The notes: generated by a model not told the origin, from the letters alone. A stretch of 64,000 nt of DNA from Promethearchaeota archaeon (GCA_048939995.1 JBHLOY010000009.1:1-64000), one strand, 5' to 3'. Counted from the stretch's first letter, positions 39,849 through 50,647 are shown. Numbers and translations: made by a program.

Positions 39849-40697
39849 TTATTCATGTGGTAGAAGTATTACCATAGATATAATAAGTAATAGCCCAATT
39901 ATGAATATAATTGCCTGAATGATCGATTTTTTTAAATTTTTTTCTTTTATTAATTCTGGCATAAGTTCAGTACTTGCTATATATAAGAATCCCCCACCAG
40001 AAAAGGCTAGAAAGAACAAGTTAAAGACACTTATGAATCCAGATAGTAGATAAGCTAATAAGCCTCCTAATAACGCCACCATAGCGCTTGCAAAGTTAAA
40101 TAAGAGTGCTCTTCTTTTAGAAAATCCTCCGTAAACAAGGATCCCAAAATCACCAATTTCTTGAGGCAATTCATGAAATAACACAGCAAGTGTAATTACT
40201 AAGCCAGTACTTATTCCATTCAAAAATGCAACCATTATAATAATACCATCTAGAAAATTGTGTAAAGAATCTCCTATTAAGTTAAGAACAGCGAAATTTT
40301 TTATCTTCCCACCCTTTTCCAAAATTTTACTACTTCCTTCAGTAATCGTATCATAACAAACTAAGCGATCTTCTTTCTCATGAGCATGTCCATGAAACCA
40401 ATAAATAAATCTTTCAATTATAAAAAAAATTACAAATCCCATTATGATAAAGGAAAATAGAAGAAATTCACTAATTCCAGCACCACCCGCGTTTAATTCT
40501 TCAAGATGGTGAACCGATTCTGGAATCAAATCAAACAATGCTGTAGCAAGAATCGTGCCAGTTGCAAATGCAACTAGAATAAACAAAAATTTATCCATTG
40601 TTTTTTCTTTGATTGAAATCATAAATAAACCAAATAGACTAAGAGAACCGATAAGAAATATAATAAAAAATCCTAAAATTGCTTCCAATTTTACCAC
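39849..40697 (-). CDS. ZIP family metal transporter
   Basis: HNFLDG and HELPQEIGDF motifs; His-rich loop. Confidence 0.93.
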   Translation of the reverse strand: MVKLEAILGFFIIFLIGSLSLFGLFMISIKEKTMDKFLFILVAFATGTILATALFDLIPESVHHLEELNAGGAGISEFLLFSFIIMGFVIFFIIERFIYWFHGHAHEKEDRLVCYDTITEGSSKILEKGGKIKNFAVLNLIGDSLHNFLDGIIIMVAFLNGISTGLVITLAVLFHELPQEIGDFGILVYGGFSKRRALLFNFASAMVALLGGLLAYLLSGFISVFNLFFLAFSGGGFLYIASTELMPELIKEKNLKKSIIQAIIFIIGLLLIISMVILLPHE

Positions 40698-40909
40698 GAC
40701 ATTTTTGTTTTATAAAGATAAAAAAGAATATAGATCAAAATTTAGGAACCATTTTAAATATAATTTATAAAATAGTTTCATCCCTAATCTTCATATAAGC
40801 TTTATTAGAGTGAGTAATATATTTAATAATTATTAATGAAAATCTTTATGTAGCAGAATTAGTTTATATAGTTTAATTAAGGTTGAGATGATTACTTAGA
40901 TTAAGCACT

Positions 40910-41434
40910 ATGTATGACGCAATTTTCAAAGTTGTTATTTTTGGTGATGCTGGGAGTGGTAAGACGGCTCTAACTAAGAGATTTATGACAAACTTATTTA
41001 TATCAGATACACAAATGACGATTGGAGTAGATTTCATAGTTAAAACCATCGAAGTTGATGGGAAAGAGATAAAACTCCAGATTTGGGATTTTGGTGGTGA
41101 AGAAAGATTCAGATTTCTCCTTCCAAGATATATTCGTGGTGCGAGCGGAGGACTTTTGATGTATGATATTACTAGCTATCCTTCCACCTTTCATATTGAA
41201 GATTGGTTATCTGTTATACGTAGAACAGAGGAAACATTTCCGATTATTCTTGTAGGAGGTAAAGCAGATTTAGAGGAATTCCGTCAAATTTCTTTTGATG
41301 AAGGATTAAAAATTACTATTTCACAAGGTTTAAATGACTTTATAGAATGTTCTAGTAAAACAGGACTAAATGTTGAAAAGATTTTTGAAAGCCTTGCTAG
41401 CATAATGCTTAAAATATCAAATGATAAGTATTGA
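40910..41434 (+). CDS. Rab-like small GTPase
   Basis: GDAGSGKT, TIGVDF, IKLQIWDFGGEERFR, GGKAD and CSSKTG motifs. Confidence 0.93.
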   Translation: MYDAIFKVVIFGDAGSGKTALTKRFMTNLFISDTQMTIGVDFIVKTIEVDGKEIKLQIWDFGGEERFRFLLPRYIRGASGGLLMYDITSYPSTFHIEDWLSVIRRTEETFPIILVGGKADLEEFRQISFDEGLKITISQGLNDFIECSSKTGLNVEKIFESLASIMLKISNDKY

Positions 41435-41439
41435 ATCTA

Positions 41440-43713
41440 CTAATCTTTATTATTTTTAATAGGAACAAAAATTCCTTTTTTAATCAAATTTAATAGGGCT
41501 TCATAATCCTTTGGTCCACAAACATTATCTGGAAGTAGATATATAGCATAAAAATAAGTTAGATTATAATCCTTCATAAAATTAGTTGCTTTTTTGACCA
41601 TCTCTTTTTCATTTTGGTTTAGTTTTGCCTCTTTAGGAATTGAGACTCTTAATGGATAACGAAATGAAACATTTAAATCACTATCAATCAGTTTCTGTAT
41701 ACTACGGAATGGTCTTAGGTCACCTTCAAAACTTTCGATTAATTTGCTGTAATATTTGTAAATATGATAAGCCAATGATTCAATAGAATAAAGAAAATTT
41801 TTAGAAGGATTACTCTTCATAATAACGATTACCCGCAAATTGATAAATTCTGTCATTAATATAATAGAATTTTTATATTCTACTTTAACAGTTCGCGATT
41901 CCTTTGCACCATCTATTACTTCAACCCCAAAATTATGAATAGCTTGAAGAAATCCAGATATTAAAGTGGGATCTAATTGTTTTTCCTCAAAGGATTGGGA
42001 ATATAAATCGATTCCGGTTTTTGTATGCAATACAATTATATATTTTAAATTCAAAACATCATTACATTGTTCTAAAAATGTTTGCAGCTTATCTCTTTTT
42101 CGAGATTCCCTCTTCTTAACCACTACATAACTCGAGTAACCTATAGTCATACCACCAATAACAATACTTCCAATTATTATAAATAACGTGAAATCTAGCT
42201 CATTCGGGATTAGATTCGCTTCTATAAAAAATGTCTGAGATTGAACACCCGCATCAGTTTCATTATTCCAAAAAATATAAGCAATATAATCCCCCTCAAT
42301 TGCATTTGTTGGAATTATATATGAAAATTCTAATGGTGATGAAGGTTCTTCTAGTATTTGTTTAGTAGTTTGGTATTTTACTATATCAGCTGGATTGAAA
42401 AGTAATAGCGTGTAATTACCGGCTAAAGGAGATAAAATTGAAAAGCTTAATTCCTGCCCTGCTTGATATTCAGTTATAGGAGCATTTATAATAAATTCTA
42501 TATTTGGAGAATTCGCTCTTATTTCCCATTCAGCACTATTTTCTATAGTGGAATTTGGGATTATTAAATAATTAGTAACGGGGTCAATTATAATGTCTGA
42601 AGAAATATTTATACTATTCTTTATTATATTCAGGTTAGTCCAACTTCTTGGTAAGAGGAATTTTATCGTGTGATTATTAGAAACTCTTGTGATTATAGGA
42701 TTAACAACCCAGACAATAGAATCGTTGAACTGGATATTAACAGAACTTTCAACATTAAATAAATTATTGATATGAAGGGTATAATCAAGTTTAAAATTCA
42801 AGCTCTCAGTTTTATTATTTTCAATCTTAAAGCTAACAATTTCATTATTAGGATGATAATTGATATCACTCCTCTTTAGATATCCATTTCCCTCACCGTA
42901 TCCATTTGATACTTTATAAAAATTACCATTGATTTGAGTAGTCATATTGATTTCTTCTGGAAAAACAGATGAATTAATTTTTTGAATTAATCTATATAGA
43001 AAGGTTACTCCTTGAGAGCCCATCGACCAAGAACCACCATTGAAAGAAGAGCTATACAAATCGGGATTTTTAGGGTTTATATCATTTTTATACCAGAAGT
43101 AATCTGATTTAGGACTAGTTCCTATGGATGATCCATCTATGATAATATAATAATCCCCAATAGGAAGAAAAATAGGGCTAGAAAAAGTTTGGCGATGCCA
43201 AGAGGGTAAAAGAGAAAATGACATATTTAAATTTCTTAATGGGCTATAAGTTTGAGTATTTGGGGCTTTAGTTAAATCATCATAACCTTTTATCTGAAAA
43301 TAAATAGGTTTACTTTCAGAGGATTCATTATTACCATATATTTCGATACCATAGATTATAGTGGGGTCTATGATTTTTAGTTGTACTCCTAAACCATCCT
43401 TAAATTTATTAATAATAGCATAATTAGCGGGAATATCTTCAATTGCTTTTATCTCAGACCCAAACTCTACCTTGCTAAAATTTAGGTTTATATCTTCAAT
43501 AGCCCAAGAGGAGCTAGGTAAATTGAAGTCAAATGAACTTAAATTGTTATAAGTTCCTTTGTTAACTGAATATTCGAAAAAGTCAAATTTGGTATTTATA
43601 TTTAAAGTACTGCTTGTTTTGACTAAAGAAATCCCATTTTCACTAATAAAACTAAAACCTAAAAACAATGCAAATACCAAAATTGAAAAGAAAAATAATT
43701 TTTTTGATTTCAT
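41440..43713 (-). CDS. Receptor-like protein: signal peptide, beta-rich ectodomain, TM, cytoplasmic longin-like domain
   Basis: Many NxS/T sites in the ectodomain; TM FIIIGSIVIGGMTIGYSSYVVV; then YIIVLHTKTGIDLYSQSF..DPTLISGFLQAI..F (longin/profilin-like). Confidence 0.8.
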   Translation of the reverse strand: MKSKKLFFFSILVFALFLGFSFISENGISLVKTSSTLNINTKFDFFEYSVNKGTYNNLSSFDFNLPSSSWAIEDINLNFSKVEFGSEIKAIEDIPANYAIINKFKDGLGVQLKIIDPTIIYGIEIYGNNESSESKPIYFQIKGYDDLTKAPNTQTYSPLRNLNMSFSLLPSWHRQTFSSPIFLPIGDYYIIIDGSSIGTSPKSDYFWYKNDINPKNPDLYSSSFNGGSWSMGSQGVTFLYRLIQKINSSVFPEEINMTTQINGNFYKVSNGYGEGNGYLKRSDINYHPNNEIVSFKIENNKTESLNFKLDYTLHINNLFNVESSVNIQFNDSIVWVVNPIITRVSNNHTIKFLLPRSWTNLNIIKNSINISSDIIIDPVTNYLIIPNSTIENSAEWEIRANSPNIEFIINAPITEYQAGQELSFSILSPLAGNYTLLLFNPADIVKYQTTKQILEEPSSPLEFSYIIPTNAIEGDYIAYIFWNNETDAGVQSQTFFIEANLIPNELDFTLFIIIGSIVIGGMTIGYSSYVVVKKRESRKRDKLQTFLEQCNDVLNLKYIIVLHTKTGIDLYSQSFEEKQLDPTLISGFLQAIHNFGVEVIDGAKESRTVKVEYKNSIILMTEFINLRVIVIMKSNPSKNFLYSIESLAYHIYKYYSKLIESFEGDLRPFRSIQKLIDSDLNVSFRYPLRVSIPKEAKLNQNEKEMVKKATNFMKDYNLTYFYAIYLLPDNVCGPKDYEALLNLIKKGIFVPIKNNKD

Positions 43714-43919
43714 ATCTAATTTTTATTGATTTCTAATTAAAAATCATAATAGTTTAATTAAAAAATCTTTGGGTTTTAGATTATTACATTAAAAATATTT
43801 TACTTATTAATAATGCAAATTAAATTTTTTTTTTTAAATTGGACTCCTATTATTTTATAAAAAATAAAAGCTATTTTATATTATTAATTCAAGTTATCAA
43901 TGAATAAGAATAGGTTATT

Positions 43920-44831
43920 TTGATGACATTTAAGGAGAAAATAAAAGCATATGTAGATTTGACTAGAGCTCATTTTGCACCCGTTTGGCCATTATTGTTT
44001 TGTTCTGGCTTATTACTTGCATTTAAAAATTATAATTATTTTTCTTGGAGTTTTCTTTTACTAGCAATTTTCATTGGACTTTTTGGATTTGAAGCTGGAA
44101 TGGTATTGAATGATATTATTGATTACCACATAGATGAATTAGATGTCGATGATACACTTACAAATTATTGGAGACCATTCAAGGAACGCCCAATTCCTTC
44201 TGGAAGGGTTTCTTTAAAAGAAGCAGTAGCTGTATTTATTATTTTTGTTTTAATTACCACCATTTTAATAGCCTTTTTACCCTTTCCAAATCTTATATAT
44301 ATATACATTATTATGGTGTATGCTTACTCCATGGAAGTATTCTATCAAATAGTGAAAAGAAAACAGAGATTTCCAATTGCTCAGTTACTTGGAAGGACTG
44401 ATTTACTATTATTCCCAATTGCGGGTTATTTATGTTTTGGATACTTTGATTTTACAGTTATTCTTTATCTTTTATTTATGTATCCTTGGGCTCTTGCACA
44501 CCTTGGAGCGAATGACATTGTTGATGTTAAAAATGACGAGGCAAAAAATCTTAAAACTATTACGGGGTTATATGGTGTTAAAGGAAATATTATATGGATT
44601 AATGTTTTCTCTCTGATCCAAATAATAACTTCTATGGTATTCGCTTTTATTGATTTAGGGATTATAGCACAAATAGGATTTGCTATTGGTTGGGTAATTA
44701 TTATAGGAGCCAATTTGATTATTATTAAGGCTAAAGACTTAAAAGCGAGATTGAAGGCATTGCCTTTATTCCATGCTACTCTTTTGATCTACATTTTAGC
44801 AATAATAATTGACTCTGCTATGGCCATCTAG
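43920..44831 (+). CDS. UbiA-family prenyltransferase
   Basis: NDIIDYHID, RPIPSG and NDIVDVKND Asp-rich motifs; multiple TM segments. Confidence 0.9.
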   Translation: MMTFKEKIKAYVDLTRAHFAPVWPLLFCSGLLLAFKNYNYFSWSFLLLAIFIGLFGFEAGMVLNDIIDYHIDELDVDDTLTNYWRPFKERPIPSGRVSLKEAVAVFIIFVLITTILIAFLPFPNLIYIYIIMVYAYSMEVFYQIVKRKQRFPIAQLLGRTDLLLFPIAGYLCFGYFDFTVILYLLFMYPWALAHLGANDIVDVKNDEAKNLKTITGLYGVKGNIIWINVFSLIQIITSMVFAFIDLGIIAQIGFAIGWVIIIGANLIIIKAKDLKARLKALPLFHATLLIYILAIIIDSAMAI

Positions 44832-44867
44832 AATTGTTTTTCATTAATTTTATTATTTTATTTATTC

Positions 44868-45668
44868 TTATAGACCTTTTACTTTCTTATGGGAACGTGG
44901 TGGACAACGCATAAACTCAATATCTGGATACCCAATAGTAATAACGCCCCAGCTTTTGCCTACAATCTTAGCAATTTTAAGCAATTTAGGATTACTTTCA
45001 AAAGCTATTTGAGCATATCCAATATAACATGTTCCTAAACCTAATGATTGAGCTGCGATTCTACCATATGTAACTATATTACCGATATTAAAATGATCTA
45101 AGGGAGAGTTCCCTAAAGATGAAACAATTATTATATGGGGAGCATCATGGAAAATAGGATGCTTATAAATTTTTCTTAGTGTCTCAAAGTGCTCTCCACT
45201 GCGAGATTTGATGGAAGGATTTTTAAGAAGTTCACCAATAATTCCTTCTGAAAGAGTACTTAACTGTACTGAGTCTGATATAATAGCAATCTTTTCAGCT
45301 CTAACATTAGCTCCTGTAGGTGCAAATTCCATAACTCTAATAACTTTTTCCAAGGTCGATTTGGGTACTGGTTTGTCTTTATAATGACGAATTGAACGAT
45401 TTGCCCTCAAAAAGTTAGAGATAGTCTCATAGGGAATATAATTTTCAAGATCTTCTATCCCTTCAAAATAGAAAGGATCATCTCCTAAATTTTCAAAAAT
45501 TATTGCTTCGGATGGGCACACAGCAATACAGTGTCCACATAAGTTACATCTTCCATTAATATCCTCAAAAATAACTTTATTCTCTTGTTTTACAAATAAC
45601 CATCTGCACTCTTTGCTACATAACCCGCATTGAGTACATTTCTCATAATTAATTCCTACTATTGGCAT
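44868..45668 (-). CDS. Nitroreductase with N-terminal 2x[4Fe-4S] ferredoxin
   Basis: Two CxxCxxCxxxC motifs, RSIRHY, APTG.N and LGLGTC. Confidence 0.92.
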   Translation of the reverse strand: MPIVGINYEKCTQCGLCSKECRWLFVKQENKVIFEDINGRCNLCGHCIAVCPSEAIIFENLGDDPFYFEGIEDLENYIPYETISNFLRANRSIRHYKDKPVPKSTLEKVIRVMEFAPTGANVRAEKIAIISDSVQLSTLSEGIIGELLKNPSIKSRSGEHFETLRKIYKHPIFHDAPHIIIVSSLGNSPLDHFNIGNIVTYGRIAAQSLGLGTCYIGYAQIAFESNPKLLKIAKIVGKSWGVITIGYPDIEFMRCPPRSHKKVKGL

Positions 45669-45738
45669 CTTACATCGATTTTAATTAGTTTTATCTATTC
45701 ATTTATTATTTTGAGTAAATTTAGTTTAAAAAAGACAA

Positions 45739-46077
45739 TTATTTTTCCTTAATCATTATCAGTATCATCTTGAACTTTTCAAGAGCTTTCAAAGCATGAG
45801 GTTCATTCGCAGGCATAATTATCATTTGCCCTGTATTAAGGATATAGTCTTTTTTAGAAATTGTAATTTTTACTTTTCCATCTAATATATGCACCATCGC
45901 ATCAAATGGGGCTGTATGCTCGCTTAAGCCTTGATCTTTATCAAAAGAAAAAAGGGTTACCGTCCCTTGATTCTTTTCAATTAAAGTTCTACTAACAACA
46001 GAGCCCTCTTGATAATCTAGCATCTCATTTAAGCTCTGAACTTTTACGAAATCTTTAATCTTTATGTTTTCTGTCAT
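45739..46077 (-). CDS. Cupin domain protein
   Basis: LSEHTAPFDA and MPANEPHAL motifs. Confidence 0.92.
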   Translation of the reverse strand: MTENIKIKDFVKVQSLNEMLDYQEGSVVSRTLIEKNQGTVTLFSFDKDQGLSEHTAPFDAMVHILDGKVKITISKKDYILNTGQMIIMPANEPHALKALEKFKMILIMIKEK

Positions 46078-46237
46078 AATTTTCCCATCTTCTTTAATTA
46101 GTTTATTAAGTTTATAAAGAACCGAACTGATTTAAAGCTAAATGCGAACATGTTATTTTTAAAATACAAAATTATAAAATTGTTATTTGTTATTAGTTAC
46201 TCAAAAATCCATTATTGACTGGAACTTCTATTAGAAT

Positions 46238-47125
46238 ATGCAGAATTTCTGCACCAATTGTGGAAAACCACGACAAACTAGCTGGAAAGTATGCCCATAT
46301 TGTGGAAAATCATTTATTCATATAGTTACTTCTCTCCAGCCAGTAGAATCTAAACCACAATTTGATATAGTGGAAAAAAAAAGGATTTGGTTCACTAAGA
46401 AGAAGATAGCTATATTAATTGTATTATCTGTGATCGTTTTAGCTGGAATTTTAACTCCCGTAATAATCTTATTTACTAATTATCAAATTAGAAATATAAA
46501 TTATTATGTTAGCTACGGAACAATATCCAAATCATATAATTGTATGATTCCTCGTGAGACATATAATTACTATAATGATCTCTACCATCCTTCTCATGGA
46601 AGTAACGATTGGGATGTTGTTGCATCAGTCATAGCGTCCTACTGTACTCCAGATGAGCCAGAAATGGTAAAAATCGCTCAAGAAGTTAAGTCTCAATGCA
46701 TTAATCAAAATGATGAGGAAGAGGTAATTAATGCCCTATTGAGTTTCACCCAAGGCATCACTTACGAATCTGAAATAGTTGATAGAGCAAGTTATCCTAT
46801 AGAAACATTGATAGACAAAGGTGATTGTGAAGATTTATCCATCTTTTTTGGCTCACTGGTAGAATGTTTAGGCTATGAAGCAATTATAATTTGTGTACTC
46901 ATATTTGATAATGGTGATTGGGTTGGACATGCTGTTGTAGGGATTCATTTGGATTTTACTCCTTCCCATCATTCAAGTTATCCTCCAAGCCATTATTTAG
47001 ACATATCAGAAGATAGTAATCAATATTGGTATTGTGAAACTACCTCACAAGGGTGGATGGTTGGAGAATTACCTGTTTCAGATCCTTCTGATTTTCAAGT
47101 ACAGAGTTATGCATTTATTGAATAA
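46238..47125 (+). CDS. Zinc ribbon + TM + transglutaminase-like domain protein
   Basis: CTNCG..CPYCG, a TM segment, then YPIETL..KGDCED, GHAVVG and YCETT. Confidence 0.85.
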   Translation: MQNFCTNCGKPRQTSWKVCPYCGKSFIHIVTSLQPVESKPQFDIVEKKRIWFTKKKIAILIVLSVIVLAGILTPVIILFTNYQIRNINYYVSYGTISKSYNCMIPRETYNYYNDLYHPSHGSNDWDVVASVIASYCTPDEPEMVKIAQEVKSQCINQNDEEEVINALLSFTQGITYESEIVDRASYPIETLIDKGDCEDLSIFFGSLVECLGYEAIIICVLIFDNGDWVGHAVVGIHLDFTPSHHSSYPPSHYLDISEDSNQYWYCETTSQGWMVGELPVSDPSDFQVQSYAFIE

Positions 47126-47140
47126 CCCTTTTTTTAATTT

Positions 47141-47674
47141 TTACTCAATATCATTCAAATGTACTTTAATATAACCAGAACATTTTTCCTGGGAGTAAAG
47201 TAAGCATTTGGTAAATTGGGGATCAATTTCGTATTGGATTCCTAAAGCTTCCAACCAACAGCAAACGCGAATTAAAACTCCACATTCATAATTTTCTTTC
47301 ACTCCAATGAGTTTCATTCCTTCAAACGCAAAACATCTATCCATTTCCCAATAAATGTAATTTCTTTTAGGATACGAGTAGGTAAATTTCATAAAATCCC
47401 CTTTTAATATACTAAATGCGTCATCAATAAATTTTTTCAATTGTTCAAAGGTTGTTATTTTAGAATAATCCATCCCCAGGGCTTTTTTGATTCTTCTTAC
47501 TTCCAAGGGGGCAAGATTTCTAATAGCTCCTTTATTTAGCTTATTAGCCGCATCAATACCAAATAGTTTTACAGAATTATAAAACCAAGAACCATCATGA
47601 GTCATCCAACATTTAACTATCAGTTCTTTTAATTCTTTTTTATTAAGTTGCTCCAATAAATTCAATATGATCAC
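47141..47674 (-). CDS. DUF6125-like (V4R/H-NOX-related fold) protein
   Basis: WMTHDG.WF and C....C..W..C patterns; paralog of the genes at 59556 and 60056. Confidence 0.75.
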   Translation of the reverse strand: MIILNLLEQLNKKELKELIVKCWMTHDGSWFYNSVKLFGIDAANKLNKGAIRNLAPLEVRRIKKALGMDYSKITTFEQLKKFIDDAFSILKGDFMKFTYSYPKRNYIYWEMDRCFAFEGMKLIGVKENYECGVLIRVCCWLEALGIQYEIDPQFTKCLLYSQEKCSGYIKVHLNDIE

Positions 47675-47697
47675 TTCAATTTTTAATGGATAATTGA

Positions 47698-48126
47698 TTA
47701 AATTTTAAAGCCTTCATTATCTAACTTCTCATTACACAAAGAATCACATTTTTGAATATAAGGATTATTTCTTTTAACGTGGAAAAATTCAGTCTTTTCA
47801 AATTTCTCTTTAAGTTGATAAACTTGATTATATAATTTTAATAAATGGGGGACATTAACTCTCCATTTGCGATTAATCTGTTGGATTACCAAATTACTAT
47901 CAGAATATACTCGAATATGCCTTGGTTGAAATTGTCCGACCGCTTTTAATGCATTAATAATTGCTTGATATTCAGCTTGATTATTAGTAGCAGTTCCAAT
48001 GAAATTTACACCATTATGAATAATATTATTATTAAGAACAAAAACAAATGCACTTGCAGCAGGTCCTGGATTACCACGCGCGGCACCGTCTGTATAAATT
48101 TTTAAAATATCTTCCTTTAAATTCAA
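47698..48126 (-). CDS. rnhA: Ribonuclease HI
   Basis: TDGAARGNPG, TNNQAEY, DSNLV and HVKR..N..CD motifs. Confidence 0.93.
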   Translation of the reverse strand: MNLKEDILKIYTDGAARGNPGPAASAFVFVLNNNIIHNGVNFIGTATNNQAEYQAIINALKAVGQFQPRHIRVYSDSNLVIQQINRKWRVNVPHLLKLYNQVYQLKEKFEKTEFFHVKRNNPYIQKCDSLCNEKLDNEGFKI

Positions 48127-48359
48127 AATTTTACTCCTAACTAAATAATTGAATTAGAAAATTTCCTGTAAATATTATTTTTTCCCTTTAAGTCTATTCA
48201 CGTATCATAAAATTTAAATTAAGTATAAAAACAATTTAAGATGAAATTATTTTTTTTATAAGAAGTAAGTGATCTATATAAAAGAGTATTTAAGATAAGA
48301 TTTGTTTCATTTTTGGGGAGATAATAGTCTTTCTATTGTCAAATCTAAACTTTAAAACG

Positions 48360-48629
48360 CTAAACCTTAATATGAATGGAGTCATACTTATTAAGCTTAA
48401 AACTAAACGTTTTTACTTTTTTAAGCATCCAAATTAGATATTGGATTCTGGTTAGCAAAAGAATTCCAGCAAAAAGAAAAGCTATTCCAATAGCTAGTAA
48501 TGCTTGCAATTCTTTTCTGGAAGTGTATATAAAATAAATCAGCCAAAATATAAGAAGGATCCCAGCTATTAAAATAAGTATTAATGCGATATTCCTAATT
48601 TTTAAATAAGGCTTATCAAAATTTTCCAT
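48360..48629 (-). CDS. Small two-TM membrane protein
   Basis: Two hydrophobic segments. Confidence 0.6.
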   Translation of the reverse strand: MENFDKPYLKIRNIALILILIAGILLIFWLIYFIYTSRKELQALLAIGIAFLFAGILLLTRIQYLIWMLKKVKTFSFKLNKYDSIHIKV

Positions 48630-48734
48630 ATTTTTATTGATTAAATATAAGTGTTACAAGAAATACAAGAATGTTTAATATAATAATTTCATGATTATAA
48701 TTCAATATCCTAATTAATATTTAGTAGATTTAAT

Positions 48735-49151
48735 ATGATAAAAGTTAGTACAAATCTACATCACGCTCATCTCTTTGCATCAAGCATAGATAAGAGTTTA
48801 AATTTTTATAGCGAAATGTTTGGTGCAGAGACATTATTCGATTTAGAGATGGCAGGTGCTCGTAATGTTATGATATCCATTGGAACATCAAGGATAAATT
48901 TCTATGATCAATCGCCAAGAGACACAGGAAGAGGTGCTATACATCATCTTGGCATCGAAACTGATAATCTTGAAAAACTTATAGAACAAATGAAAGAAAA
49001 GGGCTATGAATTTAAAAATAAAATTAAAACCTATGGATTGTGGAAATACGTTATGGTGGAGGGTCCTGACAATGTACTTTTAGAACTATTTGAAATTGTA
49101 AGAGATAGAATCCCTCAAGAACAACTGAAAAAAATATCATCTCTATACTAA
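48735..49151 (+). CDS. VOC/glyoxalase family protein
   Basis: HHAH, HHLG and GPDNVLLELFE motifs. Confidence 0.9.
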   Translation: MIKVSTNLHHAHLFASSIDKSLNFYSEMFGAETLFDLEMAGARNVMISIGTSRINFYDQSPRDTGRGAIHHLGIETDNLEKLIEQMKEKGYEFKNKIKTYGLWKYVMVEGPDNVLLELFEIVRDRIPQEQLKKISSLY

Positions 49152-49186
49152 AAAAGAAATAAAAAAAATAAATTTATTTTTACTTA

Positions 49187-50224
49187 TTACAGTGAATATC
49201 TTTGATTAATAGCAGTTTGAAATTGTATTTGTGACTGCTTACCAGCTTGGTATCCACCTCGCTTTGAAACTAAATAGAATTGTATTATTGTTCCATTGTA
49301 TTCTAATGCTATCCCTCTCCATTTATTATCTGTAGAATCGAGCTCGATTACATTACCAAGACCAATTCCCTCGCGTGAAGAGTAATTAAAGCTTAATTGT
49401 TGTAGGATCGAGATTAGAATATCATGAAATTCACTTGAAATTTCTTTCATAGGTTTATTTTTGAATCTTATTGCTTCAATGGCAAATGCTTTAAAGATAT
49501 CCCCACTCATGTATCTCCATACATTAGGATTTGCATAAAATTCGATTCCTATAAATTCTTTATTAATAAAAACTGCAATTCCGCATTGATTTTCAACATT
49601 TTTAAAAGCTCTTATGAATTTTTCGGTTTGCTTATCTGAAATCTTTGTCATTTCAAGATAACTTTGAGTAGGTGCTATATTCATTGCGTACTTCATTTCA
49701 GCTCGATGAGCTTGAATTTCTTGCCATACTGCTCCTTGACCTGCTGTAGAAATTGCCTCAAACGCAACATTTGGATGGATTCTCGTGCTTGATGATTTGA
49801 ATCCCTTCCCTTTTGTATAGGTCCATCGTGATTGTTCAATACATTTAGCAGGGATCACATACTTTCGACTTGGATTCCCCGGATTTCTATTAAATACCTT
49901 TTGTTTTCCTCCAACTGGAAGTAAAATGGGTTCCCAAATAGTACGATCTTGCTTCCCACCATGAACAGTCATTCCAAATGGGATTAATATTTGTTTATCG
50001 CTTTTATTTATTACTTCTAATTGACTTACTGCTTCAGTTTCTATAATTTCTATTAAGCTTTGTTCCTCTGCTTGTTTAACACTAATGAAATCTATAAATT
50101 TATCATCTTGAATTATAATAGGTATAACTGTCATATTTTCATAAACTTGAGGAGTACTCAATCTAAGAAAACCCAATGGATTTTCAAATATGGATTCAAC
50201 AATCTTAATACTTTCACTTTTCAA
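49187..50224 (-). CDS. ARPP-1 (DUF6569) domain protein
   Basis: GGKQDR, CIEQSRW, Q..VW..I and Q.GIAVFIN motifs. Confidence 0.75.
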   Translation of the reverse strand: MKSESIKIVESIFENPLGFLRLSTPQVYENMTVIPIIIQDDKFIDFISVKQAEEQSLIEIIETEAVSQLEVINKSDKQILIPFGMTVHGGKQDRTIWEPILLPVGGKQKVFNRNPGNPSRKYVIPAKCIEQSRWTYTKGKGFKSSSTRIHPNVAFEAISTAGQGAVWQEIQAHRAEMKYAMNIAPTQSYLEMTKISDKQTEKFIRAFKNVENQCGIAVFINKEFIGIEFYANPNVWRYMSGDIFKAFAIEAIRFKNKPMKEISSEFHDILISILQQLSFNYSSREGIGLGNVIELDSTDNKWRGIALEYNGTIIQFYLVSKRGGYQAGKQSQIQFQTAINQRYSL

Positions 50225-50226
50225 AA

Positions 50227-50631
50227 TTAATCATCCTCCAATTTTTTATTTTTCCCACTTTTGTTTTTATCATTCTCGTATAGAGGTTCTATGAATTGAT
50301 TCACTATATTTTTTCCATTTTTGGTTAGCTCCACTCCTTGAGAGACTTGAAGTTTTCCTTTCTCGGTTACTCCATTTATTCTTAAACCCCTTTCTGCTTG
50401 AAATTCTGTTTCTGATAACTCTTCTTTATGCGCCTTAATTAAACCACCTCTTTTAAGGGCATTTAGATGATAATTCAAGTTTTGCTTTTGGATTCCTATA
50501 TTGTCTGCGATTTCTATTGGCTTTTGGGCTTTTTCGGAAAGCTCCTTCATAATATCCACCCTTACAGGGCTCCTAAATACGAGGCCGACTTTATCAAAAA
50601 TCGGTTTTTTCTTTTCTTTCTTTTTGGTCAT
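50227..50631 (-). CDS. ArsR-like wHTH regulator
   Basis: SPVRVDIMKEL..IA..IGIQKQNLNYHL..L. Confidence 0.85.
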   Translation of the reverse strand: MTKKKEKKKPIFDKVGLVFRSPVRVDIMKELSEKAQKPIEIADNIGIQKQNLNYHLNALKRGGLIKAHKEELSETEFQAERGLRINGVTEKGKLQVSQGVELTKNGKNIVNQFIEPLYENDKNKSGKNKKLEDD

Positions 50632-50647
50632 ATAATCACTTTATTTT

